A stretch of DNA of 64,000 nt, taken from positions 22,386 through 86,385 of the forward strand of contig CAVYMB010000003.1 of assembly GCA_963769545.1 (NCBI GenBank), written 5' to 3'. The position numbers were made by a program, and so were the translations under genes. Below the pieces are notes generated by a model that saw only the letters and a program-made list of their open reading frames with translations, searched no databases and was not told where the DNA came from. The DNA comes from an uncultured Thermoleophilia bacterium. Lineage in GTDB: Bacteria > Actinomycetota > Thermoleophilia > Gaiellales > Gaiellaceae. This document shows, piece after piece, positions 26,788 to 35,816 of the stretch (the stretch's first letter is position 1; each line of letters opens with the position of its first letter).

Positions 26788-27174
26788 ATGGACTCCGTCG
26801 ACGATCTGCTCCAGCGCGCCGATGCCGGCGAGCTCGGCGATCCGCTGCCCGTGCTGGCCTACGTCGCCGGCGCCGGCGTCGCCTTCGACGACGACCGGCT
26901 CAACGCCGCCCGCCGCCGCGCGCTGTTGCTGGTCGCCGCCGGCGGCGACCCCCACCGCGAACTGGGTGTCGACGACCGTGCCGTCAAGGCGCTCGCCGCC
27001 GACCTGCTCGAGGACGATCGCCTCGAGGAGCTGCGGGGCGGTATCGATGCGCTCGTGCTCCGCGTACGCGACCTTCCCCGCGTCCGCGAGGGGGCGCTGT
27101 TCCTCGCGGGCGATCTCGAGCTTGCCTGGCGGCTGTTCGCGCTCGCGCTCCTCGCGGAGGAGCTCGGCGAATGA
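26788..27174 (+). CDS. Hypothetical protein (128 aa)
   Basis: Part of listed ORF 26713..27174, with ATG at 26788. Its stop overlaps the ybaK start (ATGA). Confidence 0.5.
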   Translation: MDSVDDLLQRADAGELGDPLPVLAYVAGAGVAFDDDRLNAARRRALLLVAAGGDPHRELGVDDRAVKALAADLLEDDRLEELRGGIDALVLRVRDLPRVREGALFLAGDLELAWRLFALALLAEELGE

Positions 27175-27617
27175 CCCCGGCGGTGCAGGCGGCGAAGCGT
27201 GCGGGAATCGTTTTTCGCCTGCACGAGTACGAGGGGGTCGAGGTGGGGGACAGCGACTACGCAACCGCCGTCGCGGCCGCGCTCGCGCTGCCGCCCGCAC
27301 GACTGTTCAAGACGCTGATCGTCGACGTCGACGGCTCGCTGCACGCGTTCGTCCTCCCGGCCGACCGGCAGCTCGACCTTCGTTCGATCGGCAAGCGAGC
27401 GGCGCTCGCCGACCGAGCTGCCGCCGAGCGGGCGACCGGGTACGTCGTCGGCGGGATCAGTCCGCTCGGGCAGCGGCGGCGGCTGCCGACGACGGTCGAC
27501 TCGTCCGCGGAGGCGTGGGAGACGATCCTCGTCAGCGCGGGGCGGCGCGGCCTCCAGATCGAGCTCACACCGTCGGACCTCGTGCGGCTGACCGACGCGT
27601 CGGTCGCGGAGCTCTAG
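27171..27617 (+). CDS. ybaK: Cys-tRNA(Pro)/Cys-tRNA(Cys) deacylase YbaK family
   Basis: Listed ORF. LFKTLIV, GYVVGGISPLG and the overall length are typical of YbaK. Confidence 0.75.
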   Translation: MTPAVQAAKRAGIVFRLHEYEGVEVGDSDYATAVAAALALPPARLFKTLIVDVDGSLHAFVLPADRQLDLRSIGKRAALADRAAAERATGYVVGGISPLGQRRRLPTTVDSSAEAWETILVSAGRRGLQIELTPSDLVRLTDASVAEL

Positions 27618-28654
27618 GCCCCCCACCAGAAACTCGTCGCGATCACGACGTAGAACCCGACGAGCACGACGCCCTCCTGCCACGTCGACTCGCCGTCGTT
27701 CACGATCAGCGCGCCGAGGATGGCCGAGATCAAGAGGACGAACGCGAGCAGCGGCGAGAAGACGAGCGTCAGGTGCGTGGAGAACAGGAGCGAGATGAAG
27801 ACCAGCGCAGGCGTCAGGGCCAGCGCTACCTGCAGCGACGAGTTGATGATCACCGAGATCGCAAAGTCGGCCTTGTTGCGGGCGGCCAGTTGAACGCCGA
27901 CGACGTTCTCGACGGCATTGCCGGCGATCGCGACGATCACGAGACCTGCAAACACCTCGCTCATGTGCAGCGTGTGGATCGCGGGCGTCAGCGCGTTGAC
28001 GAACCAGTCCGACGTCAGAGCGGCCGACACACCGGCCGCCGCGAGCACGCCGGCGGTCAGCGGCACCGACCAGCGCGGCGGATCATGCTCCTCGCCTGCG
28101 GTCGGCCGCAGGAACCCGGGCAGCGTCACCGCGAAGACGGTCATGAGCACCGCGGCACAGAGCAGGGAGAGGGTCAGCTCGTGCCCACCCGCCGAGGTGT
28201 GGAGCGCGTGCGTGAGCGAGGGCATCGCCATCGTCGCGGCGGCGAGCAGCGTCAGCGTCGAGATCGTCCGTGCACGCGCGGAGTTGAACGTCTGCATGCC
28301 GTTGCGCAGCCCGCCCACGATGAACGCGATCCCGAGCACGAGCACACTGTTCGCGAGGATCGAGCCGACGAGTGCGGCCTGAACGACCTCGATCAGGCCC
28401 TTGTTCAGGGCGAACAGCGCGATGAACAGCTCGGGCAGGTTTCCGAGCGCCGACTGGACGACGCCGGCACTGCCGGAGCCGAGCCGGGCGCCGAGCTGCT
28501 CCGTCGCGTGGCCGACCTGGCGTGCGAGCGCGGCGAGCGCAACGGCGCTGAGCGCGAAGGTGAGCACCTCGCCGAGGCCGCCGTAATAACAGATTGCGGC
28601 GATCGCCACGAGCGCGGCGGTGATCGCGAGCTCGATCGCTTCCCGACGCGTCAT
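27614..28654 (-). CDS. chaA: Ca2+/H+ antiporter (CAX/ChaA family)
   Basis: Listed ORF with about 10-11 TM segments and two alpha-repeat motifs, GNLPELFIA and GNAVENVVG. Confidence 0.85.
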   Translation of the reverse strand: MTRREAIELAITAALVAIAAICYYGGLGEVLTFALSAVALAALARQVGHATEQLGARLGSGSAGVVQSALGNLPELFIALFALNKGLIEVVQAALVGSILANSVLVLGIAFIVGGLRNGMQTFNSARARTISTLTLLAAATMAMPSLTHALHTSAGGHELTLSLLCAAVLMTVFAVTLPGFLRPTAGEEHDPPRWSVPLTAGVLAAAGVSAALTSDWFVNALTPAIHTLHMSEVFAGLVIVAIAGNAVENVVGVQLAARNKADFAISVIINSSLQVALALTPALVFISLLFSTHLTLVFSPLLAFVLLISAILGALIVNDGESTWQEGVVLVGFYVVIATSFWWGA

Positions 28655-28748
28655 GGGTCGGGGGATAGTAAATGGGCCGAAAGGGGTACCGCGATCGAGG
28701 GCCTAGCAGCTCAACGGCCCAGCCGGTTCGTCGATACCCCCATCAGGC

Positions 28749-29636
28749 GTGCGCTCACTCGTTCTGATCTTCACCCTGGTCGTTGCGCTGGCTGCCGTCG
28801 AGGCGGCCCAGGCGTCGCAGCTGATCGACCGCGACGCGCAGAACGTCTCGCTCGCGGTGAACGACAAGGGCGAGGCGATGATCACCTTCACGGCCGGCGG
28901 CCAGCTCAAGCACGTGCTCGCCTGGGGCGCGATCAACGCGATCGCGCCAACCCCGAATCGCCAGCAGGTCGCGTTGCGACTCGACTACGCGGGCGGGTGG
29001 GGCAAGTACCACCGTGATTACTGGAAGACGTTCGGCGGCGCGTGCGGGGCGTATGACGGACCGGCGCTCGCCTGGAAGGTCGTGGCCTGCAAGGCCCCCG
29101 ACGGCTCCTACTGGGCTCTGCAGTCGTGGCAGCGTGGGCTGCCGAACTACGGCGTGACGCCGACCGGCAGCCAGGACGCCTGGGAGCTTCGCCTCTCGCA
29201 CTGGACGGGCGCGCTGCCGGTGCTCGACGTCCAGACCGACTGGTCGTGGCACCGGTTCGACCACCTCTTCGGCACGTTGACGTACGGCGGCACCGGCGTG
29301 TACGGCTTCCGCTCGACGTCGAGCGGCGCTCCGCTCGACACCTTCGGCCGCAACGTCTACGTCGACACCTTCGACTCGCGCTACGGCACGGGCTGGCACC
29401 GCGAGAACAGCTTCCTGACACACACCGGGACGGGGGCGTTCTGTTACAGCTTCAACCCGCACGGGCCGCGCCCCGCCGGCAAGGGCGTCAAGTACCGCGC
29501 CACGGTGGAAGGCCCCGGGGTGACGCCGGACGTGATGTGGGAGGGGACGTCACCCGGCCCCTACAACCGGACCGCAGACGAGCAGGCAAATTCGGCGATC
29601 GCGGGTCTCGACGATCGCCAGTGCAAGCCGAACTGA
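28749..29636 (+). CDS. Secreted hypothetical protein (295 aa)
   Basis: Listed ORF with a GTG start and the signal peptide MRSLVLIFTLVVALAAVEAAQA. The mature part is Trp/Gly-rich. No family was recognised. Confidence 0.6.
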   Translation: MRSLVLIFTLVVALAAVEAAQASQLIDRDAQNVSLAVNDKGEAMITFTAGGQLKHVLAWGAINAIAPTPNRQQVALRLDYAGGWGKYHRDYWKTFGGACGAYDGPALAWKVVACKAPDGSYWALQSWQRGLPNYGVTPTGSQDAWELRLSHWTGALPVLDVQTDWSWHRFDHLFGTLTYGGTGVYGFRSTSSGAPLDTFGRNVYVDTFDSRYGTGWHRENSFLTHTGTGAFCYSFNPHGPRPAGKGVKYRATVEGPGVTPDVMWEGTSPGPYNRTADEQANSAIAGLDDRQCKPN

Positions 29637-29734
29637 TCGAGCCGGTCCGGCCGGATCACTCCAACGGGGGTTGTTGCGGGCGGCACATGCTCGACACTTC
29701 GAACGTCTCGACCTGCGGTGAAGGAGTGCAGCAA

Positions 29735-29848
29735 ATGCTTCGTTGGAATCGGCGATTCGTGCTCATGACGGCTCTCGTGCTCTGTGCGGGCGTGCTCGCC
29801 GCCCTGGGCGCCGGCATCCACTGGTCGCAACACGTGTTCCTGGGTTAG
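29735..29848 (+). CDS. Possible small membrane protein (37 aa)
   Basis: ATG at 29735 lies 8 nt after GAAGGAG. The sequence is MLRWNRRFVLMTALVLCAGVLAALGAGIHWSQHVFLG. It is the tail of listed ORF 29126..29848. Confidence 0.35.
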   Translation: MLRWNRRFVLMTALVLCAGVLAALGAGIHWSQHVFLG

Positions 29849-29876
29849 GCGCCCGCGCGTTTCCCCCTTTGCGACC

Positions 29877-31730
29877 GTGGCCGGAGCACCTCACCCGAGC
29901 GTGGGCCGGACCGGTTCGAAGACACCGGCGGTCGCGCCCCGCCTCCTCGTCTACATCGTTCTCGTCAGCTCTGGCACGTTCGCACTCGTCGGGCTCGCCG
30001 CGCTGACGCTTCTCACCTCGTCGCTGACCCCGGCGACCTGGCTGAGCCTGGCCGCCTTGCTCGTTGCGTCGTGCTTCGTCGAGGCCTTCCCGGTTCCGAT
30101 CAAGGGCGTTCGTGCCGGGGGCATCTCGCTGGCGGCGGTCTTCATCGTCGCCACCGGCTGCCTCTACGGCTGGGCCGCGGCAGCGGTGCTGGGCGCGATC
30201 ACGCGCGGTGCGATCGAGCTGTACCAGCGGCGCCCCTGGCTGAAGGTCTCGTACAACGCCTCGGTCTACGCGATCTCTGGCGCGGGCGCCGGCGTGATCG
30301 CCGCGTACGTCTCGAGCGCTGATCACGCCGGCTGGCTCGTCGTCCAGGTGATCGCTGCCGCCGCGACCTTCTACGCGCTCAACGTCGTCCTCGTCGCGTT
30401 GGCGGTCAGCATCTCGTCCGGCGGAGGTCTCGGCGCCGTGGCCGCTCAGACCGTGCAGTCGACGGTCGTCGGGTTCGCGACGATGACGTCGGTGACGATC
30501 ATGCTCTGCGTGCTCTGGGATCGCGCGCCGGTGCTCGCGGCCACGCTCGTCGGCCCGTTCCTCGCCATCTCGCTCTACCAGCGATCGGCGCTCCGCGCCT
30601 TCGAGGCGATGGAGCTGGCGCTCACCGATCCGCTCAGCGGTCTCGGCAACCATCGTCACTTCCAGCAGGAGCTCGAGCGACTGCTCGACGAGGCGGATGA
30701 GTCCGGTGCCCCGGTGACGCTCTGCCTGTTCGACATCGACGAGTTCAAGTCGATCAACGACCAGCACGGGCATCCTGTCGGCGATCGCATCCTCGCGCTC
30801 GCCGGCGGGTGCCTGCGCGACGCGGGAGCCGCGTTCCGGCTCGGCGGCGACGAGTTCGCGGTCTTCATGCGGACGTCCGGCGAGGCGGAGGCGGTCGAGG
30901 CGGCGGCACGCGCGGTTGCGCGGGTCGGCCGACTGAAGGCTGAGCGCGGCTTGACGCTCACGATCTCGGCCGGGCTCGCCACGTATCCGTCGAATGGGCT
31001 GGCGCGCGCCGACCTCGTGCGCGCCGCCGACAGTGCGCTCTACGCCGCCAAGGCGGAAGGCAAGGCGGCTGTCCGCCTCTACCGCCACGGCGTGCTCGAT
31101 CTCTCCGTGCGCCGTCGTGGCGAGGACGCTGACCGCCGCGCACGCCTGCGGGCGGCCGCGTCACTTGCCGGCGCGATCGACGTGCGCGATCCCTACACCG
31201 GGTCGCATTCGCACGCGGTCGGTGAGCTCGCCGCGAAGATCGGCGACTGCCTCGGCCTGACCGGGGAGGAGGTCGAGCTGCTGCGGATCGCCGGGCTCCT
31301 CCACGATCTCGGGAAAGTCGCCGTGCCCGAGCACATCCTCTCCAAGCCGGGGCCGCTGACCGAGAGCGAGCACGAGGCGATCTCGCTGCATCCGCTCGTC
31401 GGCTACCGCATGCTCACCTCCCTGCGGATCGAGCCGGTCGCCAGCTGGGTGCTCCACCATCACGAGCGCTACGACGGTCACGGGTATCCGGACGGGCTGG
31501 CCGGCGAGGCGATCCCGATCGGCTCGCGCATCCTGCTCGTCGCCGATGCGTACGAGGCGATGACGACGGATCGCCAGTATCGGACGACGCGCTCCACCGA
31601 CGATGCGCTCGCGGAGATCGTCCGCTGCGCTGGATCGCAGTTCGACCCGCTGGTCGTCGACGCGCTCACGCTGGTCGTCGCGGCCGAGGCCGAGCTGTCC
31701 GAGCGCCGGAGTGGCGCCGCCACCGTCTAG
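29877..31730 (+). CDS. Membrane sensor with GGDEF (diguanylate cyclase) and HD-GYP (c-di-GMP phosphodiesterase) domains
   Basis: Part of listed ORF 29784..31730. The likely start is GTG 29877 or 29901. It has a multi-pass N-terminal region. GGDEF motifs DPLSGLGNHR and RLGGDEFAV are present. HD-GYP motifs HSHAVG, LLHDLGK and HHERYDGHGYP are present. Confidence 0.85.
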   Translation: MAGAPHPSVGRTGSKTPAVAPRLLVYIVLVSSGTFALVGLAALTLLTSSLTPATWLSLAALLVASCFVEAFPVPIKGVRAGGISLAAVFIVATGCLYGWAAAAVLGAITRGAIELYQRRPWLKVSYNASVYAISGAGAGVIAAYVSSADHAGWLVVQVIAAAATFYALNVVLVALAVSISSGGGLGAVAAQTVQSTVVGFATMTSVTIMLCVLWDRAPVLAATLVGPFLAISLYQRSALRAFEAMELALTDPLSGLGNHRHFQQELERLLDEADESGAPVTLCLFDIDEFKSINDQHGHPVGDRILALAGGCLRDAGAAFRLGGDEFAVFMRTSGEAEAVEAAARAVARVGRLKAERGLTLTISAGLATYPSNGLARADLVRAADSALYAAKAEGKAAVRLYRHGVLDLSVRRRGEDADRRARLRAAASLAGAIDVRDPYTGSHSHAVGELAAKIGDCLGLTGEEVELLRIAGLLHDLGKVAVPEHILSKPGPLTESEHEAISLHPLVGYRMLTSLRIEPVASWVLHHHERYDGHGYPDGLAGEAIPIGSRILLVADAYEAMTTDRQYRTTRSTDDALAEIVRCAGSQFDPLVVDALTLVVAAEAELSERRSGAATV

Positions 31731-31741
31731 TCTCGTCCCCC

Positions 31742-32215
31742 GTGGACGAGGAGCGCGGAGCCGAGCAACGAGCGTTGTTCCGGCGGTGGCCGGCCGGGGT
31801 GTCGGTCGTCGTCGCCGAGGTGGACGACCGTCGCGCAGGGCTGACGGTCTCCTCGCTCGTCTCGCTCTCGCTCGATCCGCCGCTGATCGGCATCTCGATC
31901 GCGCTCGAGGCATCCCTGCACGAGGTGCTGCGGCGCGCCGACGAGTGGGCCGTCTCGATCCTCGCCGGCGACCAGAGTCACCTCGCCCAGCATTTCGCGC
32001 GTAGCGTGCCTCCGATCGCGCTCTGGGACGGGATCGAGGTGCGCGACGACGACGAGCGGCTGCTGGTCGGCGCCGTAGGCTGGATCATCGCGCGCACGGT
32101 CGACTTCTTCTCGACGGGCGACCACAGCTTCTTCGTCGGCGAGATTCTCCGGCTCGAGCCCGGCCGCGCGCCGGAGTCGCTGACGTACGTGCACCGCGGC
32201 TATCGCGCGTCGTGA
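31742..32215 (+). CDS. Flavin reductase family (FMN-binding split-barrel) protein
   Basis: Listed ORF with a GTG start. GVSVVVAEVDDRRAGLTVSSLVSLSLDPPLIGISI and GDHSFFVGEI fit the family. Confidence 0.8.
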   Translation: MDEERGAEQRALFRRWPAGVSVVVAEVDDRRAGLTVSSLVSLSLDPPLIGISIALEASLHEVLRRADEWAVSILAGDQSHLAQHFARSVPPIALWDGIEVRDDDERLLVGAVGWIIARTVDFFSTGDHSFFVGEILRLEPGRAPESLTYVHRGYRAS

Positions 32216-32859
32216 TCGACGCGGTCGTCTTCGATCTCGACGGTGTGATCGTCGATTCCGAGCAGGTCTGGGACGACGTCCGGGTCCAGCTCGTTCGCGA
32301 GGCGGGGCTCCCGTTCCCGCCGGAGGCCACGCGCGACATGATGGGGATGAGCTCGCCGGAGTGGTCGCGCTACCTCGTCGAGCGGATCGGCCTGCCCGGA
32401 ACGCCGGAGCAGGCGAACGCCGCCGTGGTCGAACGGATGCTCGAGCGCTACGCGAAAGGGCCGCCGTTCATCCCCGGAGCGGTGGGGGCGGTGGAGCGGA
32501 TCGGAGACCGGTGGCCGGTGGCGATCGCGTCGTCGTCGAATCGGGAGCTGATCGACGTCGTGCTCGACGCTGCGGGGCTCGACCGGCTGGTCCGGGTGGC
32601 CGTCTCGTCCGAGGAGGTCGCGCGCGGCAAGCCCGCGCCCGACGTGTACCTGGAGGCGATACGACGGCTCGGCGTCGAGCCCGGGAGCGCCGCCGCAGTC
32701 GAGGACTCGCACAACGGCATCCGCTCTGCGCATGCGGCCGGGCTGCGGGTGATCGCGACTCCGAACCCGCACTTCCCGCCGGATCCGGAGGCGCTCGCGC
32801 TCGCCGACGTCGTCCTCGACTCGATCGACGAGCTGACGGTCGAGGTCGTCGCAGGCTAG
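32212..32859 (+). CDS. HAD-IA family hydrolase (beta-phosphoglucomutase/phosphatase-like)
   Basis: Listed ORF whose GTG overlaps the previous stop (GTGA). Motifs VVFDLDGVIVDSE, SSSN, GKPAPD and VEDSHNG are present. Confidence 0.85.
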   Translation: MIDAVVFDLDGVIVDSEQVWDDVRVQLVREAGLPFPPEATRDMMGMSSPEWSRYLVERIGLPGTPEQANAAVVERMLERYAKGPPFIPGAVGAVERIGDRWPVAIASSSNRELIDVVLDAAGLDRLVRVAVSSEEVARGKPAPDVYLEAIRRLGVEPGSAAAVEDSHNGIRSAHAAGLRVIATPNPHFPPDPEALALADVVLDSIDELTVEVVAG

Positions 32860-33566
32860 AGCTCGATCGTCTGGCCGTCGTCCGGAACGACGACGCCGTC
32901 GAGCGCGCGGTAGACGTCCCGACGCTCGACGCAGTGATTGATCGACTCGAGGTGGACGACGACCACCGTCGCGTCGGTCGCGTCGCGTACGGCCGCCACG
33001 TCGCGGGCCGTCATCACGATCGCGTCGCCCTCGAGGAATCTCGCGCCGCTGCCGTTGACGACGATCACCCGTGGGCGGTGGCGGTCGAGCGCTTGCGCGA
33101 CCTCGTCGCACCAGATCGTGTCGCCGGCGATGTAGACGCCGTCGACGACGAATCCCGAGACGGGGCCGAGAGCGACGCCGATCTCGGCCGTGCCGTGCCG
33201 GCCGCCGGTGCGCGCGACGTCCAGGCCGAGCCATCCCAGTGGGTCGTCGGTCGCCGCCGTGAAGCCGCGGCCGCGCAGCTCGTCCAGGCTGCCGGGCTGG
33301 GTCAGCAGCGGGACATCCCGCGCGATCAGGCGCTCCGCGGTGTCGTCGAAGTGATCCTCGTGCAGGTGGGTCACGATCACGCCGTCGATGCCGGCGACGA
33401 CGGTCGCGGCTGGAGTAGGCAGGCCGACGAGCGGGTTGCGTGCCTGGTTCGGGGTGTCCTCGATCGGCGGCCGCGCGCCCGCCTCGTCGAGCATCGGATC
33501 GACGAGGACGCGGACGCCGGACGTCTCGAGCAGCAACGTCGCGTGGCGGACCAGCGTGAGCTTCAT
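32856..33566 (-). CDS. MBL-fold metallo-hydrolase
   Basis: Part of listed ORF 32856..33677, with ATG at 33566 (MKLTLVRHATLLLE) overlapping the fabF stop (ATGA). The HLHEDHFD motif is present. Confidence 0.75.
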   Translation of the reverse strand: MKLTLVRHATLLLETSGVRVLVDPMLDEAGARPPIEDTPNQARNPLVGLPTPAATVVAGIDGVIVTHLHEDHFDDTAERLIARDVPLLTQPGSLDELRGRGFTAATDDPLGWLGLDVARTGGRHGTAEIGVALGPVSGFVVDGVYIAGDTIWCDEVAQALDRHRPRVIVVNGSGARFLEGDAIVMTARDVAAVRDATDATVVVVHLESINHCVERRDVYRALDGVVVPDDGQTIEL

Positions 33567-34789
33567 ACGCGGCCGAGCAGCACACAGCCGTTGTGGCCGC
33601 CGAGCCCCATCGCGTTGGAGAGCGCGACGTCGACCTGCATCCGACGGGCCTCGTTCGGCACGTAGTCGAGATCGCACTCAGGGTCGGGCTCCCGATAGTT
33701 GATCGTCGGCGGCAGCACACCGTGGTGCACCGCGAGCGCGGACAGGATCGCCTCGATCGCGCCGGCGGCTCCGAACGTGTGGCCCATCATCGACTTCGTC
33801 GACGAGACGGCGAGCCGGTAAGCGTGGTCGCCGAACACTTGCTTGATCGCCCGTGTCTCGGCCGCATCGCCCTGCGGCGTCGACGTGCCGTGCGCGTTGA
33901 TGTAGCCGACGCGTTCGGGCTCGACGCCGGCGCGCTCCAGCGCCGCGACCATCATCGCCGCGACGCCCGTTGCCTCGGGCTCCGGCTGCGCCATGTGGTG
34001 CGCGTCGTTCGAGGCGCCGTAGCCGAGCACCTCGGCATAGATCTCGGCGCCGCGCGCCTCCGCGCTCTCGAGCGGCTCGAGCAGCACGGCGCCGGCGCCT
34101 TCGCCCATCACGAAGCCCGCCCGCGTCGCGTCGAACGGTCGAGAGGCGTGGGGCGGATGCTCGTCCTCGACCGCGAGGCCGCGCATCGCGGTGAATCCGG
34201 CAAGGATCAGCGGCACCATGCACGACTCGGTGCCGCCCGCCAGGACGGCGTCGGCGGCTCCGCGCCGGATCATCTCGGCGCCCTCGCCGATCGAGTGCGA
34301 CCCGGTCGCGCACGCCGAGACGACCGCGTAGTTCGGGCCCTTGAGGCCGAGCGAGATCGCCAGCTGGCCGGACGTCGAGTCGACGAGCACGTTCGGCAGG
34401 AAGTTCGGTGAGACGCGGTCCGGTCCGCGCTCGCGCAACGTGTCCGCCTGCTCGAGGATCCCGGGCACACCGCCGATCGCGGAGCCGAAGACCACGCCCA
34501 CACGCGCGGGGTCGAAGCCGTTCAGGCCCGCGTCTCCGAGCGCCTCCCGACCGGCAGCGACCCCCAGCAGCACGTTCCGCTCGAGCTTGCGCGCATCCTT
34601 GGCGGAGACGACCTCGGTGGGGTCGAAGCCCTTCACCTCGGCGGCCACGCGGACGGGAAGGCCGTCCGTGTCGAACGCCTGGATCCAGCCGATTCCGCTC
34701 TCGCCGGCGAGGGCGGCTTTCCACGTGCTCGGCGCGTCGAGGCCGAGCGGCGTCACGCAGCCGATGCCGGTTATCGCGACGCGGGTCAT
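33563..34789 (-). CDS. fabF: Beta-ketoacyl-ACP synthase II
   Basis: Part of listed ORF 33563..34951, with ATG at 34789 (MTRVAITGIGCVTPLG). The catalytic Cys (SACATGSH) and both His motifs (HGTSTPQGD, KSMMGHTFGAAG) are present. Confidence 0.9.
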   Translation of the reverse strand: MTRVAITGIGCVTPLGLDAPSTWKAALAGESGIGWIQAFDTDGLPVRVAAEVKGFDPTEVVSAKDARKLERNVLLGVAAGREALGDAGLNGFDPARVGVVFGSAIGGVPGILEQADTLRERGPDRVSPNFLPNVLVDSTSGQLAISLGLKGPNYAVVSACATGSHSIGEGAEMIRRGAADAVLAGGTESCMVPLILAGFTAMRGLAVEDEHPPHASRPFDATRAGFVMGEGAGAVLLEPLESAEARGAEIYAEVLGYGASNDAHHMAQPEPEATGVAAMMVAALERAGVEPERVGYINAHGTSTPQGDAAETRAIKQVFGDHAYRLAVSSTKSMMGHTFGAAGAIEAILSALAVHHGVLPPTINYREPDPECDLDYVPNEARRMQVDVALSNAMGLGGHNGCVLLGRV

Positions 34790-34844
34790 CGCCGGAACCC
34801 TACGCTTCGCCTCGGTGCCGGCCGCCGCGATCCCGTTCCCGCCG

Positions 34845-35816
34845 ATGGAGGCACAGCTCGTGCGCGAGCTACCGACCGGCGAGGGGTGGCAGTACGAGCC
34901 GAAGTGGGACGGCTTTCGCGGCGTGCTCGAGAACGTCGACGAGGAGCTCAACCTGTGGTCCCGAAACGAGCGGCCGCTGCTCCGCTACTTCCCCGAGCTC
35001 CGCCCGCTCGGGGACCTGCTGCCGCCGCGCTCCGCGCTCGACGGCGAGATCGTGATCGCGCGCGACGGGGCGCTCGACTTCGACGCGATGCAGATGCGCC
35101 TGCACCCGGCGGAGTCGCGGATCAAGCGCCTGTCGGCCGAGATCCCTGCGCAGTTCGTCGTCTTCGACGTCCTGCTCTGGGAGGGCGAGGAGGTGTGGCG
35201 CCTCCCGCTGGCCGAGCGACGGCGTCGGGTCGAGTCGCTCGACGGCTTCCGCCGCTCACCCGCGACGCGCGAGGTGGGTGACGCACGCGACTGGCTCGAG
35301 CGATTCGAGGCGCTCGGGCTCGACGGCGTCGTGGCGAAGCAGCTCGACTCGCCGTACCTCCCGGGCTCGCGTGACGGGATGGTCAAGGTGAAGGAGCACA
35401 AGACCGCAGACTGCGTGGTCGTCGGGCTGCGGTGGAAGGGCGAGTCGCGTGACATCGCGACCCTGTTGCTCGGTCTCTACCGAGACGACGGCGAGCTCGA
35501 CTACGTCGGCACGTGTGCGGTCGCGGCGCGCACGCGGGACGATGTCGCCCGTCGCGTAGAGCCGTTGCTCGTCGATGCCCCGGACCAGCGGTTCTCGGAG
35601 CCGAATCGGTGGGGGACGGGCGAGCTCGAGCAGGCAGCCCTCCGCCCCGAGCTCGTGGTCGAGGTGCGCTACGACAAGGTGCAGGGGAACCGCTTCCGGC
35701 ACGGCTCGAAGCTGCTGCGCTGGCGCGAGGACAAGGATCCACACGATTGCACCTGGCGCGAGCTCCGGCCGCCGACGAGCCCTGACGCGCCCGGCATCGA
35801 CGAGCTCCTCGGCTAA
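34845..35816 (+). CDS. ATP-dependent DNA ligase (LigD ligase-domain / LigC type)
   Basis: Part of listed ORF 34341..35816, with ATG at 34845; GTG 34815 is an alternative start. The adenylation motif EPKWDGFR, plus GLDGVVAK and KVK, and a C-terminal OB-fold part are present. Confidence 0.85.
   Translation: MEAQLVRELPTGEGWQYEPKWDGFRGVLENVDEELNLWSRNERPLLRYFPELRPLGDLLPPRSALDGEIVIARDGALDFDAMQMRLHPAESRIKRLSAEIPAQFVVFDVLLWEGEEVWRLPLAERRRRVESLDGFRRSPATREVGDARDWLERFEALGLDGVVAKQLDSPYLPGSRDGMVKVKEHKTADCVVVGLRWKGESRDIATLLLGLYRDDGELDYVGTCAVAARTRDDVARRVEPLLVDAPDQRFSEPNRWGTGELEQAALRPELVVEVRYDKVQGNRFRHGSKLLRWREDKDPHDCTWRELRPPTSPDAPGIDELLG

Noticed and set aside
25979-29017. 1012-aa plus-strand ORF
   Set aside because: It runs antisense or out of frame through xdhC, ybaK and the CAX antiporter. 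Its composition is low-complexity and Arg-rich, and it has no motifs.
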